DNA of 64,000 nt from a virus. Where the stretch lies: IMG/VR virus record IMGVR_UViG_3300047471_000466, positions 1-64,000 of that record. One strand, 5' to 3'. Positions 18,606 to 29,353 of the stretch are shown piece by piece. The notes below the pieces were generated by a model, which was not told where the DNA came from, ran no database searches, and saw only the letters and a list, made by a program, of their open reading frames with translations. The position numbers were made by a program, and so were the translations under genes. Numbering within the stretch: position 1 is the stretch's first letter; each line of letters begins with the position of its first letter.

Positions 18606-19744
18606 AAGAGAGAATTGACGATTCGGGCCAAGCTCACGCTACATTTGCTCCGTCGTCGCTGTCCAATTTTGAAAAGTGCCCAGGATTTCGCAACCGTTCC
18701 GAAGGCGGAGTTGGCGCAGAATCAGCGGAACGTGGAACCAGAATCCATAAAGCTTTAGAGAAAGATTCAATAGACGATCTTACTGATGAAAAAGAAAAAG
18801 GACTCGCCCAAATTTTTAAAGATTACATTGACTCCGTCATACAAGAAAACCTCCCCACTCTCCCTGCGATTGATAGACGAGAAGTCCGGCTTACAATGGA
18901 CTTGGGAGGGGGCCTTAAAACCTTCGGAACTTGTGATCGTCTTCTCATCTACGGATCTCTCGGAAGAATGTTTGACTACAAAACAGGATTCAGAGAAGTG
19001 GCCGATGCTGAAACAAATGCACAAGCTTGGTGCTATGTTCTGGGGGCGTTTGAAAAGTATCCGGAACTTGAAACGATTGAGTTCACGTTCTTAGTTCCTA
19101 ACAGAGATGAAGTTCTTTTTCATACTTTTAAACGCGGCGATCTTCCTGATATTCGGCTACGACTTAATACTATCATTCGTAGGGCTATGGCTATTGATTG
19201 GTCTAAACCCGTCGATCCCGATAAACTTTCTCCACAGCCATCTCTTTGCGAATATTGCCAATATCAAGCATCCTGCCCAGCACTCGCTGCCAAAGCACTG
19301 AAAGTCGGCGCGGCGCTCTCGCCCGGATTACCCGTGCCAGACTCAGTGCTTATAGACCCGAAGCGTCCGGAAGACATTCCGCACCTGTTACGTTTGGCCC
19401 CGCTTCTCGAAGCATGGGCGAAAGGTGTCCGTGAGGAGGCGCTTCGGTTAAATTTAGAAGAAGGTTTGGACGTTCCCGGATTCAAGAGAATCGAACGTAA
19501 AACGCCTAGGGGCGTCACCTCAGTTGCGGGCGCGTATAAGGCAGTCAAGGACATTATTCCTTTGGATGATTTCCTTATCGCCTGTGCCAAGGTATCCATC
19601 GTAGACTTGGAAGACTACTTCGCGGGATTAGCGACGCGAGGCGGCAAGGGAAAAGCGCGACAAGAACTTGAAAACAGACTCCGTTCAGCGGATGTTTGGA
19701 AAGACGAAGGTAAGATCTACTACCTCAAAGAACTAAAATCGTAG
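18602..19744 (+). CDS. PD-(D/E)xK Cas4-like exonuclease (DUF2800-like)
   Basis: PSS....CP, GT.IH, GTCD, FDYKTG, Q...Y, CEYC....SCP. Confidence 0.8.
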   Translation: MKERIDDSGQAHATFAPSSLSNFEKCPGFRNRSEGGVGAESAERGTRIHKALEKDSIDDLTDEKEKGLAQIFKDYIDSVIQENLPTLPAIDRREVRLTMDLGGGLKTFGTCDRLLIYGSLGRMFDYKTGFREVADAETNAQAWCYVLGAFEKYPELETIEFTFLVPNRDEVLFHTFKRGDLPDIRLRLNTIIRRAMAIDWSKPVDPDKLSPQPSLCEYCQYQASCPALAAKALKVGAALSPGLPVPDSVLIDPKRPEDIPHLLRLAPLLEAWAKGVREEALRLNLEEGLDVPGFKRIERKTPRGVTSVAGAYKAVKDIIPLDDFLIACAKVSIVDLEDYFAGLATRGGKGKARQELENRLRSADVWKDEGKIYYLKELKS

Positions 19745-19766
19745 ATAACCAATAAACCAATAAACT

Positions 19767-20540
19767 ATGGCAAAAACATCATTCGTTAAAAAAGAACCAG
19801 AAGATAATATCATTGAGGGGGAAGTAGTGGCACCTACGACAGCAGTCGTTCCTAGAGCGGAACAGGCAATCGTTAAATCCAACGGAAACACGGCATTTCA
19901 GGGAGATTGGAAAGTCTCCGATATGCGGTTCCCGAGATTGAACCTCGTTCAGAAAGTCAGCGACGGGGAACTAATCCAGAACTTTGGGATCGGTTCGTTC
20001 ACGTTGTCTAAGGAAGTCAAAGTAAGCAACGGCGATCCCGTTCCAGTTGTATTCCTAATGGCGATGAAAGACTACATTCAGAAGGTGCCTTTCGGTTCCG
20101 GAGAATCGCCAGCAGTGTTCCGCACCGAGCAGGAAGTTCTTGACTCAGGCGGCTCTTTGAATTGGAAAGACAAGGACACAGATCACTTCTTCCAGCGCCG
20201 AGCGCATATTGAGTTTGCAGTCGAAGCGCCGGAAGGTCTCGATGAGAAAGATCTCGCGCTGTTCCCTTACGAATTCGACGGTAAATCCTACGCCTTGGCG
20301 GTCTACACGGTAGCCTCGTCAGCGTATACCAGCGTAGCAGTGGAGCTTATGACCCTGTGTGAACGGAATAAAGTCATGCGTAAAGGCCAGCAATATGGTC
20401 GCCTTTTGCTTAGCAGCAAGGATGCGAAGTCGCAAGGGAAGAGTTGGAAAACTCCAGTAATTAAATTTGACGGTGAGAACTCTCCAGAGTTTGTAAAATT
20501 CCTGGAAGAGATTGAACCGAGAATTGTTGTAAACGCCTAG
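19767..20540 (+). CDS. Putative ssDNA-binding or annealing protein
   Basis: Follows the exonuclease; DMRFPRLNLVQ motif; function inferred from position. Confidence 0.5.
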   Translation: MAKTSFVKKEPEDNIIEGEVVAPTTAVVPRAEQAIVKSNGNTAFQGDWKVSDMRFPRLNLVQKVSDGELIQNFGIGSFTLSKEVKVSNGDPVPVVFLMAMKDYIQKVPFGSGESPAVFRTEQEVLDSGGSLNWKDKDTDHFFQRRAHIEFAVEAPEGLDEKDLALFPYEFDGKSYALAVYTVASSAYTSVAVELMTLCERNKVMRKGQQYGRLLLSSKDAKSQGKSWKTPVIKFDGENSPEFVKFLEEIEPRIVVNA

Positions 20541-20550
20541 CAGCCCAACA

Positions 20551-20576
20551 GGGAGGGGCGGTTCGCCGCCCCTCCC
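20551..20576 (+). terminator. GC-rich UUCG hairpin, terminator-like
   Basis: GGGAGGGGCGG-TTCG-CCGCCCCTCCC just after a stop codon; weak U tract. Confidence 0.6.
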
Positions 20577-20584
20577 ACTCTCTT

Positions 20585-21136
20585 ATGAAACTAATAGGAA
20601 TCTGCGGAAAGAAAGGAAGCGGCAAAGATACCGCGGGAGCGGTATTAGCGGCGGAAGGATATCATCAGGTAGCTTTCGCCGAGGCGTTGAAGCTGATGAT
20701 GGCCCGCCTGTATGAGTATCTGAAGCTCGATTCAGTTACCGCCAGCAAAATGATTTTCGGCGACCTGAAAGAAATGCCGGTTCCGGAACTGGGCGGGCAC
20801 TCCACTCGTTACGCCATGCAGACGCTAGGGACTGAATGGGGAAGGCTTTGTCTGGACAGGGATTTATGGGTGAACATCGGCATAGCGAAAGCGAAGCAAT
20901 ACGACAAAGCGGTCATCACCGATGTACGATTTCCCAATGAAGCAGAGGCGATCAAGGAACAAGGCGGCGTTATTATCCGAGTGTTACGAGAAACGTCTGA
21001 TAAGGCGAAGGACGAGCATGCTTCGGAAATGATTGACAACATTGTCCCAGATTATTTCGTGGACAATAATGCATCGCTGCAAGATCTCAAGGGAAAAATT
21101 TTAGAAATAGAAAACGAATATGCGCGAAGGAACTGA
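20585..21136 (+). CDS. Deoxynucleoside monophosphate kinase
   Basis: GICGKKGSGKDT, FAEALK, R..MQTLGTEWGR, ITDVRFPNE, HASE. Confidence 0.9.
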   Translation: MKLIGICGKKGSGKDTAGAVLAAEGYHQVAFAEALKLMMARLYEYLKLDSVTASKMIFGDLKEMPVPELGGHSTRYAMQTLGTEWGRLCLDRDLWVNIGIAKAKQYDKAVITDVRFPNEAEAIKEQGGVIIRVLRETSDKAKDEHASEMIDNIVPDYFVDNNASLQDLKGKILEIENEYARRN

Positions 21137-21647
21137 TAAATACGACGACTCAAAAGACGGCGGGTATAGCTACGGAGAGAAACTTAAAATGGCAGCAGAG
21201 GGCATGTTAGACCCCCAAGAAATCGGGTTACCGAAAGACGATGCGGGAATCAAAGCGGCTCAGAATGAATTGAAGCCGCCAACAGTTATGAAACTCGGGG
21301 ACTTCGTTACATTCGAAGCGTCGGTAGTGCCCCCACAACTACGGGCTCATTGGGCTTGGCAAGACTTGGCGGTTAAGCCGTCCGAACATATGAAGGCTTG
21401 GGAAGCGGAATGGTGCGCCGATCATAAAAACGAACACGCGATCCAAGGCCTGTTGCATAGTGGAGCCTTGGCTGCAAAGGTCGGCCAGCTTTTCACGGAT
21501 CCAATTTTAGGGTTCGTAGACCTGATGCGGAAAGCCGCGGATATCTTGGAACAAAAATACAAGGAACTAAAAGAGAATGATCCAAACCCCATTATTACAA
21601 GGGACGAAGCTGCGCAAGAGGAAGCGAAGCGAATTACGGGAGCGTAA
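21120..21647 (+). CDS. Hypothetical protein
   Basis: 175 aa ORF within the operon. Confidence 0.65.
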   Translation: MREGTDKYDDSKDGGYSYGEKLKMAAEGMLDPQEIGLPKDDAGIKAAQNELKPPTVMKLGDFVTFEASVVPPQLRAHWAWQDLAVKPSEHMKAWEAEWCADHKNEHAIQGLLHSGALAAKVGQLFTDPILGFVDLMRKAADILEQKYKELKENDPNPIITRDEAAQEEAKRITGA

Positions 21648-22056
21648 TTTCTATTCCTCTGTGAAAGGGCAACGAGGCGGAGTGAAAGATTTTTATGGGA
21701 AAATTTACGCGGTTAATACGGACGGATCATTGAAACGCTTGAGTCCTAGACGACATGAAGAAAACTGAAAATCCGCTACCTCAAATATTGCACGACTACT
21801 TTAGAACGCTGCGCTTTAACCCTAAACATCATTTAGGTCTCGGGGATATCCGCTTAACTCTCGGTCAACAAGACCAGTTGGTGGTATTGGCAGAAAAGTA
21901 TTGCCACAGACAAGGAACAAGTTTAACATGACAGAATGGAATCCCTCATGCTGGTGTCGTAGGAAATCTACGGACGGGTTGCGACAGCAGATTCTGTCTT
22001 GCTGTATCGCCTCTTCTTGCCTTGTGAACGCTTGAGGGATTCCTAATTTTTACTAA

Positions 22057-23829
22057 ATGAGCAATCACGTTTATGCTATCGACTATGAGACCTTCTATAC
22101 CAAGGAGTATTCAATTAAACATCTTGGAAACTGGGCCTACACCCACCATGAAGAATTCGACGCCTATCTCCTCGCCGTCACAGGAACTGACGGATACCGA
22201 TGGGTTGGAAATCCAAGCGACTTTGAATGGGATATACTACGAGGACAGGAACTTGTTGCTCATAACGCAGGTTTCGAACTTGCGGTTACCGAAAGACTTA
22301 AAGAGCTTGGGATCGCGCCCAAAGATTTCACGCACGGGCGGCTATACGACACTGCGGACCTTACCGCATACCTTGGTTATCCCAGGAGTTTAGAAAACGC
22401 AGTCCAATATTTGTTAGGCGAGAAGATCAACAAAGATGTTCGCGCTAACATGCAGGGCAAACGATTCGAAGAACTTCCCGCAGAAGAGCAGGAAAAAGTT
22501 AGGCTCTACGCTCAAAGTGATGCTGATCTGGAACTCAGATTGTGGGTAGACCACAACCACAAATGGCCAGAACATGAACGACTACTCTCAGAAGAAACAA
22601 GAGAGATGTGTTGGCGTGGGCTACCGACTGATGTTGATAAAGTCAACAAGGCGATCAAAGTCCTCGAACACAAACTTCTTAAAGCCAGAACCATTATACC
22701 GTGGGCTCGCGAGCCGGATGCACCAATACTTTCGTTACCCAGAGCAGCACAGGAAGCAAGAAAACATGGAATCGCACCACCGAAAAGTTTTGCTAAAGAC
22801 AGTGAAGAATTTGAACAATGGCTCAAAGAACATGGAGAGAAATTTCCATGGGCCAAAGCTTTAGGAGAATACAGAAGTGCAAACAGACTATCAAAAACAT
22901 TTCAGACACTTAAAGAAAGAACTGACGAAGGAGGGGTGTTCCGCTATGGTCTTAAATATGGCGGGGCTCACACATTACGAGATAGCGGGGATGCAGGATT
23001 TAATGTCCAGAACCCCCCGAAGGAGTCTCTATTTGGTTGCGATCTTCGAGGAGGAATGCTCACCGCCCCAGAAGGATATATCCTTTGTATCGCGGATGAG
23101 AGCGCTATTGAACCAAGAGTCTTATCGTGTCTCTCCGGAGACGAAAAATTAAGAGAGATGTTGGCCGCGGGCACAGACCCTTATGAGGCTCAAGCCAGAA
23201 TTGCGCACGGGTACACTGACACTCGGCCACTAAAACTTGTGGATCCGTTACGCCGCCAATACATGAAGGTTGAAGTTCTGGCTTGTGGTTATGGAGCAGG
23301 AGAAGAGAAGATCCAACTAATCGCTAAGCGGCAGGTAGGATTGGAGCTTTCGTTAAACGAAGCAAAGAAAATTAAAGAAGGTTTCCGGAAGCGGCGCTTC
23401 ATTCCCGAATTTTGGGAACGTCTTGAACGAGATTGTCGCAAGTCTGCGCCGGGAAATTATGAGATCGACCTTCCCAGTGGAAGGACAATGCTTTATCGAG
23501 ACGTTAAAAGCTTCGGTTCGATTAGTGCGGTTATCCCGCGGCTAAACCAAATGATGCGGGTCAAGCTTTGGGGCGGAACTTTGACTGAGAATGTTTGTCA
23601 AAGTTTGGCGAGGGATATCTTCATGTATCATATCATGGAAATCAAAAAACAGTTGTCGTTAAACGCTTTACTGCGAAGCCATGATGAGGGTGTTTGGTTA
23701 CTGAAAGAAGATACCGCGGAACAGGATTTCAAAAATATTCTTTCAATCATGCAGACCGCGCCCGAGTGGATGCCAGACTTCCCTGCTGCCGCGGAAGGCA
23801 AACTCAAGAAAGCCTACTGCAAAATATGA
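22057..23829 (+). CDS. polA: Family A DNA polymerase with 3'-5' exonuclease
   Basis: IDYET, AHNAGFE, YAQSD; NVQN; motif A ADESAIEPR, motif B R..MK...LACGYG, motif C SHDE. Confidence 0.93.
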   Translation: MSNHVYAIDYETFYTKEYSIKHLGNWAYTHHEEFDAYLLAVTGTDGYRWVGNPSDFEWDILRGQELVAHNAGFELAVTERLKELGIAPKDFTHGRLYDTADLTAYLGYPRSLENAVQYLLGEKINKDVRANMQGKRFEELPAEEQEKVRLYAQSDADLELRLWVDHNHKWPEHERLLSEETREMCWRGLPTDVDKVNKAIKVLEHKLLKARTIIPWAREPDAPILSLPRAAQEARKHGIAPPKSFAKDSEEFEQWLKEHGEKFPWAKALGEYRSANRLSKTFQTLKERTDEGGVFRYGLKYGGAHTLRDSGDAGFNVQNPPKESLFGCDLRGGMLTAPEGYILCIADESAIEPRVLSCLSGDEKLREMLAAGTDPYEAQARIAHGYTDTRPLKLVDPLRRQYMKVEVLACGYGAGEEKIQLIAKRQVGLELSLNEAKKIKEGFRKRRFIPEFWERLERDCRKSAPGNYEIDLPSGRTMLYRDVKSFGSISAVIPRLNQMMRVKLWGGTLTENVCQSLARDIFMYHIMEIKKQLSLNALLRSHDEGVWLLKEDTAEQDFKNILSIMQTAPEWMPDFPAAAEGKLKKAYCKI

Positions 23830-24194
23830 AGCGAGCCCGTGACCAGAAATATGTGGACCTTGTATTCGATCATTATGGGCGCAAGTGTATATGTTGTGGG
23901 GAAGAAGAACTTTTGTTTCTAACCTTGGACCACATAGATAACAATGGAGCAGCGCACCGAAAAGAAATTGGAACAAAGAACTCGAAACATGGATGCAACG
24001 GAACGGCTTTCTACAGATGGGTTGTGCAGAACAATTACCCAGATTTTTTACAGACCCTTTGTTCTAATTGCAACCACGGGAAACACAGAAACGGCGGAGA
24101 GTGCCCCCACAAAAAGCAGACGCCGACCGCCGAGGGAGAAGAGGGTCCGTCAGACCTACAAGTTCCTCCACTAGCTAATCAACGTCTGCAATAA
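23826..24194 (+). CDS. Free-standing HNH endonuclease
   Basis: ATGA overlap with the polymerase stop; CICCGE...LTLDHIDNNG...LQTLCSNCN. Confidence 0.85.
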   Translation: MKRARDQKYVDLVFDHYGRKCICCGEEELLFLTLDHIDNNGAAHRKEIGTKNSKHGCNGTAFYRWVVQNNYPDFLQTLCSNCNHGKHRNGGECPHKKQTPTAEGEEGPSDLQVPPLANQRLQ

Positions 24195-24204
24195 AATCTA
24201 AGAT

Positions 24205-24594
24205 ATGAAAATCTACATAGCAAGTCGGTTTGCCGACAGAGAACGACTAAGAAAACACGCCCATAAAATCTGGGACTTGGGGCACGAAGTAACGTCCTCA
24301 TGGCTGGACGAAGTGAAGAAAGCTTCGGGCATGAGCCACGACGAGTTCTGGACAAAGCTGGGGCGCAAGGATTTACAGGAAATTTGCGCTAGTGATTTGC
24401 TAATCCGTGACGTTCATGATATAAGCTCGACCGGCGGCGCTGATACAGAATACGGTTTCGCTTTGGCTCGCCATCAGCATTGCCTGATTTGGTTGATTGG
24501 GCCAAAGCGGAACGTGTTCCACATGCTGGCGGACAAACACTTTAAGAACTGGAACGAAGCACTGAAAGAACTGGAGAAATATGCCATACATTAG
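24205..24594 (+). CDS. Nucleoside 2-deoxyribosyltransferase / nucleotide N-hydrolase family
   Basis: KIYIAS, DL..I...D, GG..TEYGFA, NVFH. Confidence 0.8.
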   Translation: MKIYIASRFADRERLRKHAHKIWDLGHEVTSSWLDEVKKASGMSHDEFWTKLGRKDLQEICASDLLIRDVHDISSTGGADTEYGFALARHQHCLIWLIGPKRNVFHMLADKHFKNWNEALKELEKYAIH

Positions 24595-24844
24595 TCAATC
24601 AAATCGAACTAAAATAGAAGATGTTATTCGGGGGACTATTGATTACGACGAAATCCTTAGCCCTGGGCACCTTAATTTTGCGATTTCAAAAATGTTAGAA
24701 GTATACTGGGCGAACGTAGGACATCGATATCAAACAATCAACGATATCCTTGGAGCATTGGAAGGGGCAAAATTGGAATTTTATAGACGCGTAGCGGTTC
24801 CTTATGAGGAACAAAAGATCAAAGAGAACGGGGATATTTATTGA
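24581..24844 (+). CDS. Conserved phage hypothetical protein
   Basis: MPYI...PG.LNF...GALE.AKLEFYRR...PYE..KI.ENGD pattern. Confidence 0.75.
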   Translation: MPYISQSNRTKIEDVIRGTIDYDEILSPGHLNFAISKMLEVYWANVGHRYQTINDILGALEGAKLEFYRRVAVPYEEQKIKENGDIY

Positions 24845-24971
24845 TGAAATATTGGATGCCTTGGGATAGAGAAATTTTTGATTGGAAAAAAGACATACCT
24901 TGGAACGAGCCGATGTTCTGGTTTCCATTTATGCTAATCGGTTTCGGGATAACTGCTTTTTTCATTTTTAG

Positions 24972-27089
24972 ATGAGATTCTTCTGCCTACCAAACCTGAC
25001 CTCTCAGGACTTAACTGAAGGCGATCCTCGAACAGCCGCACCGCGGCCAGAGTTCGAAGATAAGAAAGCCTTTCGGGAATGGTGCGCACAGAACAATACC
25101 CAGCACATTTTCTTCAATCACGTAGAACCGTTGACGCCAAGTCTGCGCACCACTAAATCCAATCCTCCCTTCTATTTATTTGGCTTCACTGCAGATTATG
25201 ACGCCGAGATTTCCCAAGACGAGGTCCTCTCCCTCGTCGCCGCCAACGCCCCCGCCGGATTACTGCCCCTATTCATCTCCTCAACGTTTTCCGGCGGGGT
25301 GCGTCTTACGTGGGAATTCTCAGAACCAGTTATAGTGGATCAACCAGAGCTTGCGGCCAAGTTCATGCACCTGTTGGTGAAAGAACTGGGAGTAGGCGAC
25401 CTTAGTGTAGGATATGACCGAAACAGTGAAAACTTGCAGCAATACTTCGAGGCGGGAACAGATTGGAAAGCTGTGCCGAATGGGAAACCGGTGTCCAGCA
25501 AAATACTGGGAAATCTTTTCTATCGTGCAGCTAATGACTCTAAAATCAAATCAGAGGGTCCCATTATTCCTATCGGCAAAGTTGCCGAAGAAGTCAAGGC
25601 GAGATGGCCTGGACGAGTCACAGATTTCTCAGTGGGAAACCGAGTCTCCCTCTTTTGGGTCGAACCATACGAAGACAGAGTAGGCGCTCAGATTGGCGAT
25701 GCGGGAATGATATGCTATTCTTCCCGCGCTGGAAAGAGTTTTGTGCCGTGGAGTGAAATCCTCGGGACAGAATTTATGCGCGGCTATCAGGCAGAGCGGA
25801 TAGGCGCGGCGGTGGAAAACATTTATTATGACGGACAACACTATTGGATCAAAGGCGAAGGCAAGCGGTTTATGCGCAGGACGACAGAGGACACGTTCCG
25901 GTATCTCAAGGGTCAGGGGATCTGTCCCAAACCCGACGGAAAGTCCTACGCTTCTGAAGCCGACCGAGTATTGCTCGCAGTCCAGGAACACCACGAAGTC
26001 AAAGCCGCTGCTCCAGTACCCCACGACAAAAGATTACTGGTCAAGATTAATGGGGAAACCTACTTAAACACCTCGACGCTAGAAATAATGAAACCCGCGG
26101 AGAGCGGGAACCCGGAAAAGTTTCCATGGATACAGGAGTTCATCAACAACGTTTGGGACAAGCCGAAAGAAACACAAAGAGACCATTGGCTCGCGTGGCT
26201 ACAGTACGCCTACGTGACATGTCTAGATGGAAAGCCAACTCAGGGACAGGCGATCTTTATCGCTGGCCCCTCCTCTTCGGGAAAGACTTTTACAAGCCAC
26301 CATATCTTGGGAACTATATTCGGCGGCTGGTCAGACGCCAGCGAGTATCTTCTCGGCAAGACGAACTTTAACAAACAGGATTCTGAAGTATTTTTGTGGG
26401 CAATCGACGATACCCGAGGAAGCGCTACGTGGGAAAATAAAGCCCAGTTCTCCCACAAGCTGAAAGCCCACGTAGCCAATCCTCAAATTAGATGTGAAAG
26501 AAAAGGCAAAGATGCAGTCACGCTCCCCAGAAAAGGACGAACAGTTATTACGTGTAACGACGATGATGCCTCATACTCCATTATCCCCCACATGGACATC
26601 AATATTAAAGACAAGATATCCCTGTTTAAGTGGAACTCATGGAGGGCAGACTTCCTTCCCGGTGGAGGTTCAGAAGTAGTTGTATACAAAGAACTTCCAT
26701 ACTTTCTAGCTTATTTAAAGGCTTGGAAACCCCCTGCTTACGTCATGGATGCCAACCCAAGGTTCGTGGTAAACGCGTATCACCATCCGGATATGTTACA
26801 AGCGGCTTATGAACAAAGCAGTGAAGCAAGGCTGCAAGAGTACATTGATGAATATACCAGTGGTGACAAGGATGCAGACCTCAAACACAAGATATGGGCT
26901 TCCCCTACTCGGCTACGGAAACTGTTAGCCAATGAGAAAGGACTCAGTGTGGACCTGAGGGAGTTCGGTAGGGAGCGTATGGCACAGGCTCTTAAGGCTC
27001 TAAAACTAAGAACTAGGAAACACGGCGGATCGACCGAGTATTTGATTTATGATCCCGACGTACACTTTGAAGGTGCAAAAGGTGTATAA
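24972..27089 (+). CDS. Primase-helicase (PrimPol plus SF3-like ATPase)
   Basis: N-terminal ADYD acidic motif; Walker A GPSSSGKT, Walker B AIDD, ITCN. Confidence 0.8.
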   Translation: MRFFCLPNLTSQDLTEGDPRTAAPRPEFEDKKAFREWCAQNNTQHIFFNHVEPLTPSLRTTKSNPPFYLFGFTADYDAEISQDEVLSLVAANAPAGLLPLFISSTFSGGVRLTWEFSEPVIVDQPELAAKFMHLLVKELGVGDLSVGYDRNSENLQQYFEAGTDWKAVPNGKPVSSKILGNLFYRAANDSKIKSEGPIIPIGKVAEEVKARWPGRVTDFSVGNRVSLFWVEPYEDRVGAQIGDAGMICYSSRAGKSFVPWSEILGTEFMRGYQAERIGAAVENIYYDGQHYWIKGEGKRFMRRTTEDTFRYLKGQGICPKPDGKSYASEADRVLLAVQEHHEVKAAAPVPHDKRLLVKINGETYLNTSTLEIMKPAESGNPEKFPWIQEFINNVWDKPKETQRDHWLAWLQYAYVTCLDGKPTQGQAIFIAGPSSSGKTFTSHHILGTIFGGWSDASEYLLGKTNFNKQDSEVFLWAIDDTRGSATWENKAQFSHKLKAHVANPQIRCERKGKDAVTLPRKGRTVITCNDDDASYSIIPHMDINIKDKISLFKWNSWRADFLPGGGSEVVVYKELPYFLAYLKAWKPPAYVMDANPRFVVNAYHHPDMLQAAYEQSSEARLQEYIDEYTSGDKDADLKHKIWASPTRLRKLLANEKGLSVDLREFGRERMAQALKALKLRTRKHGGSTEYLIYDPDVHFEGAKGV

Positions 27090-27145
27090 AGTGTACGCGA
27101 GTGCATCGGACAGACGTACACTTTTGGGTGAAAAGGTGTACGCGG
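27057..27145. repeat. Direct and inverted iteron-like repeats, candidate replication origin
   Basis: GACGTACACTTT x2, AAAAGGTGTA x2, GTGTACGCG x2; inverted pair CGTACACTTT/AAAGTGTACG. Confidence 0.55.
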
Positions 27146-27235
27146 CTAAGGCGAACGCGGGCAGGCACTTAGGCGGGATTTGCCCCCTTTTATGAATATT
27201 AAAACACTATCGCCCAGTAAACACTAAAATAATAT

Positions 27236-29353
27236 ATGGAATACAGCCAGAAACAGACCGAAAACACGGCCAACCAGCAACCCTCTGAAAAAGTGCATGA
27301 GTCACCCAAAGATCGGAGTATGTGGATTAACCTTCGTAATATCAAGTACATACAGATCCCGCCCATGGGGGTAGGGTTTGTTGTCGCCTATCTCGATGGA
27401 ACCCACACGACTCTTTCTTTTAATCCGTTGGGGGCGAATCGATGCTTCGGACGGGAAGATTGGGTGACCTACTAATTATGAAAGACGATAAATACGAAAT
27501 TGAGGGCCTCGCCCCAGACCGGTTCAACATTTATGTGGTGCGCAAAGGCAAGCCGAGAGTCCTCGCCTGTACCGCCCCTTCGGAGCAGATAGTAAAAGTA
27601 ATAGCTATCGCCTTGATGGAACTCGATAAGAATTCCCGAGGTATTGATTGGGGAAACCCCTGATATGAAAATAACTGTAGGAGTCAAAAATATGGCCTTG
27701 TACCCAGAAAACGATGCAGAAGTGCATCAACTGGAGTGGGTTGCGCAGGAATTACAAGATTGGATAAAGGACTATGAGGAAACCCGTCATTGGAATATTA
27801 CTTGTTTGAAGATCCCTCTATCGCCTAAGGAGATACATGCTGAAAGATAAATCTGCTGCCTTGCTGCCTTGCAGCCCCGCCAGTGGCCCACAGTACCCAT
27901 TAGATTCTCAGGAGAATCGTCGATGAGTGCAGCCCGCTCCCTTGACCTTCTCCCACCAGAATTTGAGCGTTTCGGGTTTTCCTTTCGCCAAGTGCATCGT
28001 ACCCCTGTCGCCGCGGTTTATGAAGCCATGCTACTGGGAGGAGGTTCGCCTATGTACGAGGTTATCAGACCCAATATATCCAAGCAGAGGAACGTAGATG
28101 GAACCTGGATACCTTGTTCGCCTTACGAAGCCTACCCTTCTTCAGAGCAGTGGGGAAGCCGTGGGTGGACGTTTTTAAGTAAAGATGAAGCAATGGAGAA
28201 ATGTGAAACAATAAAGAAATGAACTACGAAATAACTGAAGAAGATATCAAATACGCAGAGTTAGCAGCCCATAAGGTTGCACCCTTGTTTCAATGCTTCC
28301 AGTGGCAATGGCACGATGTTGCGATGTTCGCCGAAGAAGGGGGATATAGTGAAATCAAAGAGCAGGGGTACACGCCCACCGTTCAGCAGATCGCCGATGA
28401 GTTTATTCGCCTGATCGAGGATTTTGAGAACAACGGTCGGCTCGGTTTGGAAACTGGAAGACTTGGAATTAAGAAAGATGAAGAAGGATATCAACTGTAT
28501 TTAACGTTATGATAACCCGAATGTTTACCGACCCTGAAAGAGAGAAGCTAGTTGAAGCGGTGGGGATCCACGCCGCCAACAGAATAGAAACCTTGGAAGA
28601 CGATATTAAAGCTATCACGGAATATCTAGAAGTTATAAAAGTGTATGGAACCCAAGGTTGGAAATACGTCCACAACTCGGAGAAGTCGCGATGAATAGAA
28701 GAAAAGCAATCACATTACTGTCGGCAGTGCTGCCCTGCGCCTTTGTAGCCAGGATGTTGGGAGAGAAAGATTTACATGGAACGCCTTCGCCTTATCCGGT
28801 CCAACCTTACACGAGTGGGTTTCATGTAGAGGTATATGAACTGGCGGAACGCTATGATATGGAGGGTAATAAACTGCCGCCTTGTTTCCGTGCGATCATA
28901 AGAGACTGCAAGACAAACTACGTTGCGGCTCTGAACTCTGCCGAGTGGGTGGACGGGGTAAAAGATAAGCGAATCGCTCTACAGGGTTTGTATAGAAGTG
29001 TCGCCTATGTTTTACAGCGGAGACAATTTCCCGCGGACACAAAGATTTATGATGTGGAGAAAACTGAGCATGGATTGAAGTGGGTAAACCCGAGGTATCA
29101 CAATGAGTGATGTCGAAACTGCCGCTTTGGTTTTCTTCGTCTTCTTCGGTCTTGTAGCCTTGTTTTATGGAATCAGTAAATTCATGGAGAAGAGACAATG
29201 ACTGTAAAAGAGTTGATCATTGAATTGTTGAAGTGGCCCATGGACGCCAAAGTGTTTACCGACACAGATTATGAAGGCGGGAATGAATTTATTGCTGATA
29301 CAGTTGAAGAATTCCAAGAATATTGCGGAGAGAAAGGAATAAAAATATCGTGA
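27236..29353 (+). other. Run of small hypothetical genes (27236-27475, 27478-27663, 27665-27850, 27923-28222, 28219-28512, 28509-28694, 28691-29110, 29198-29353)
   Basis: Tightly packed, mostly ATGA-coupled plus-strand ORFs without recognisable motifs. Confidence 0.6.

Noticed and set aside
18602-19744. Cas4 as part of a CRISPR system
   Set aside because: No other cas genes or array; stand-alone Cas4-like nucleases are routine in phage replication modules
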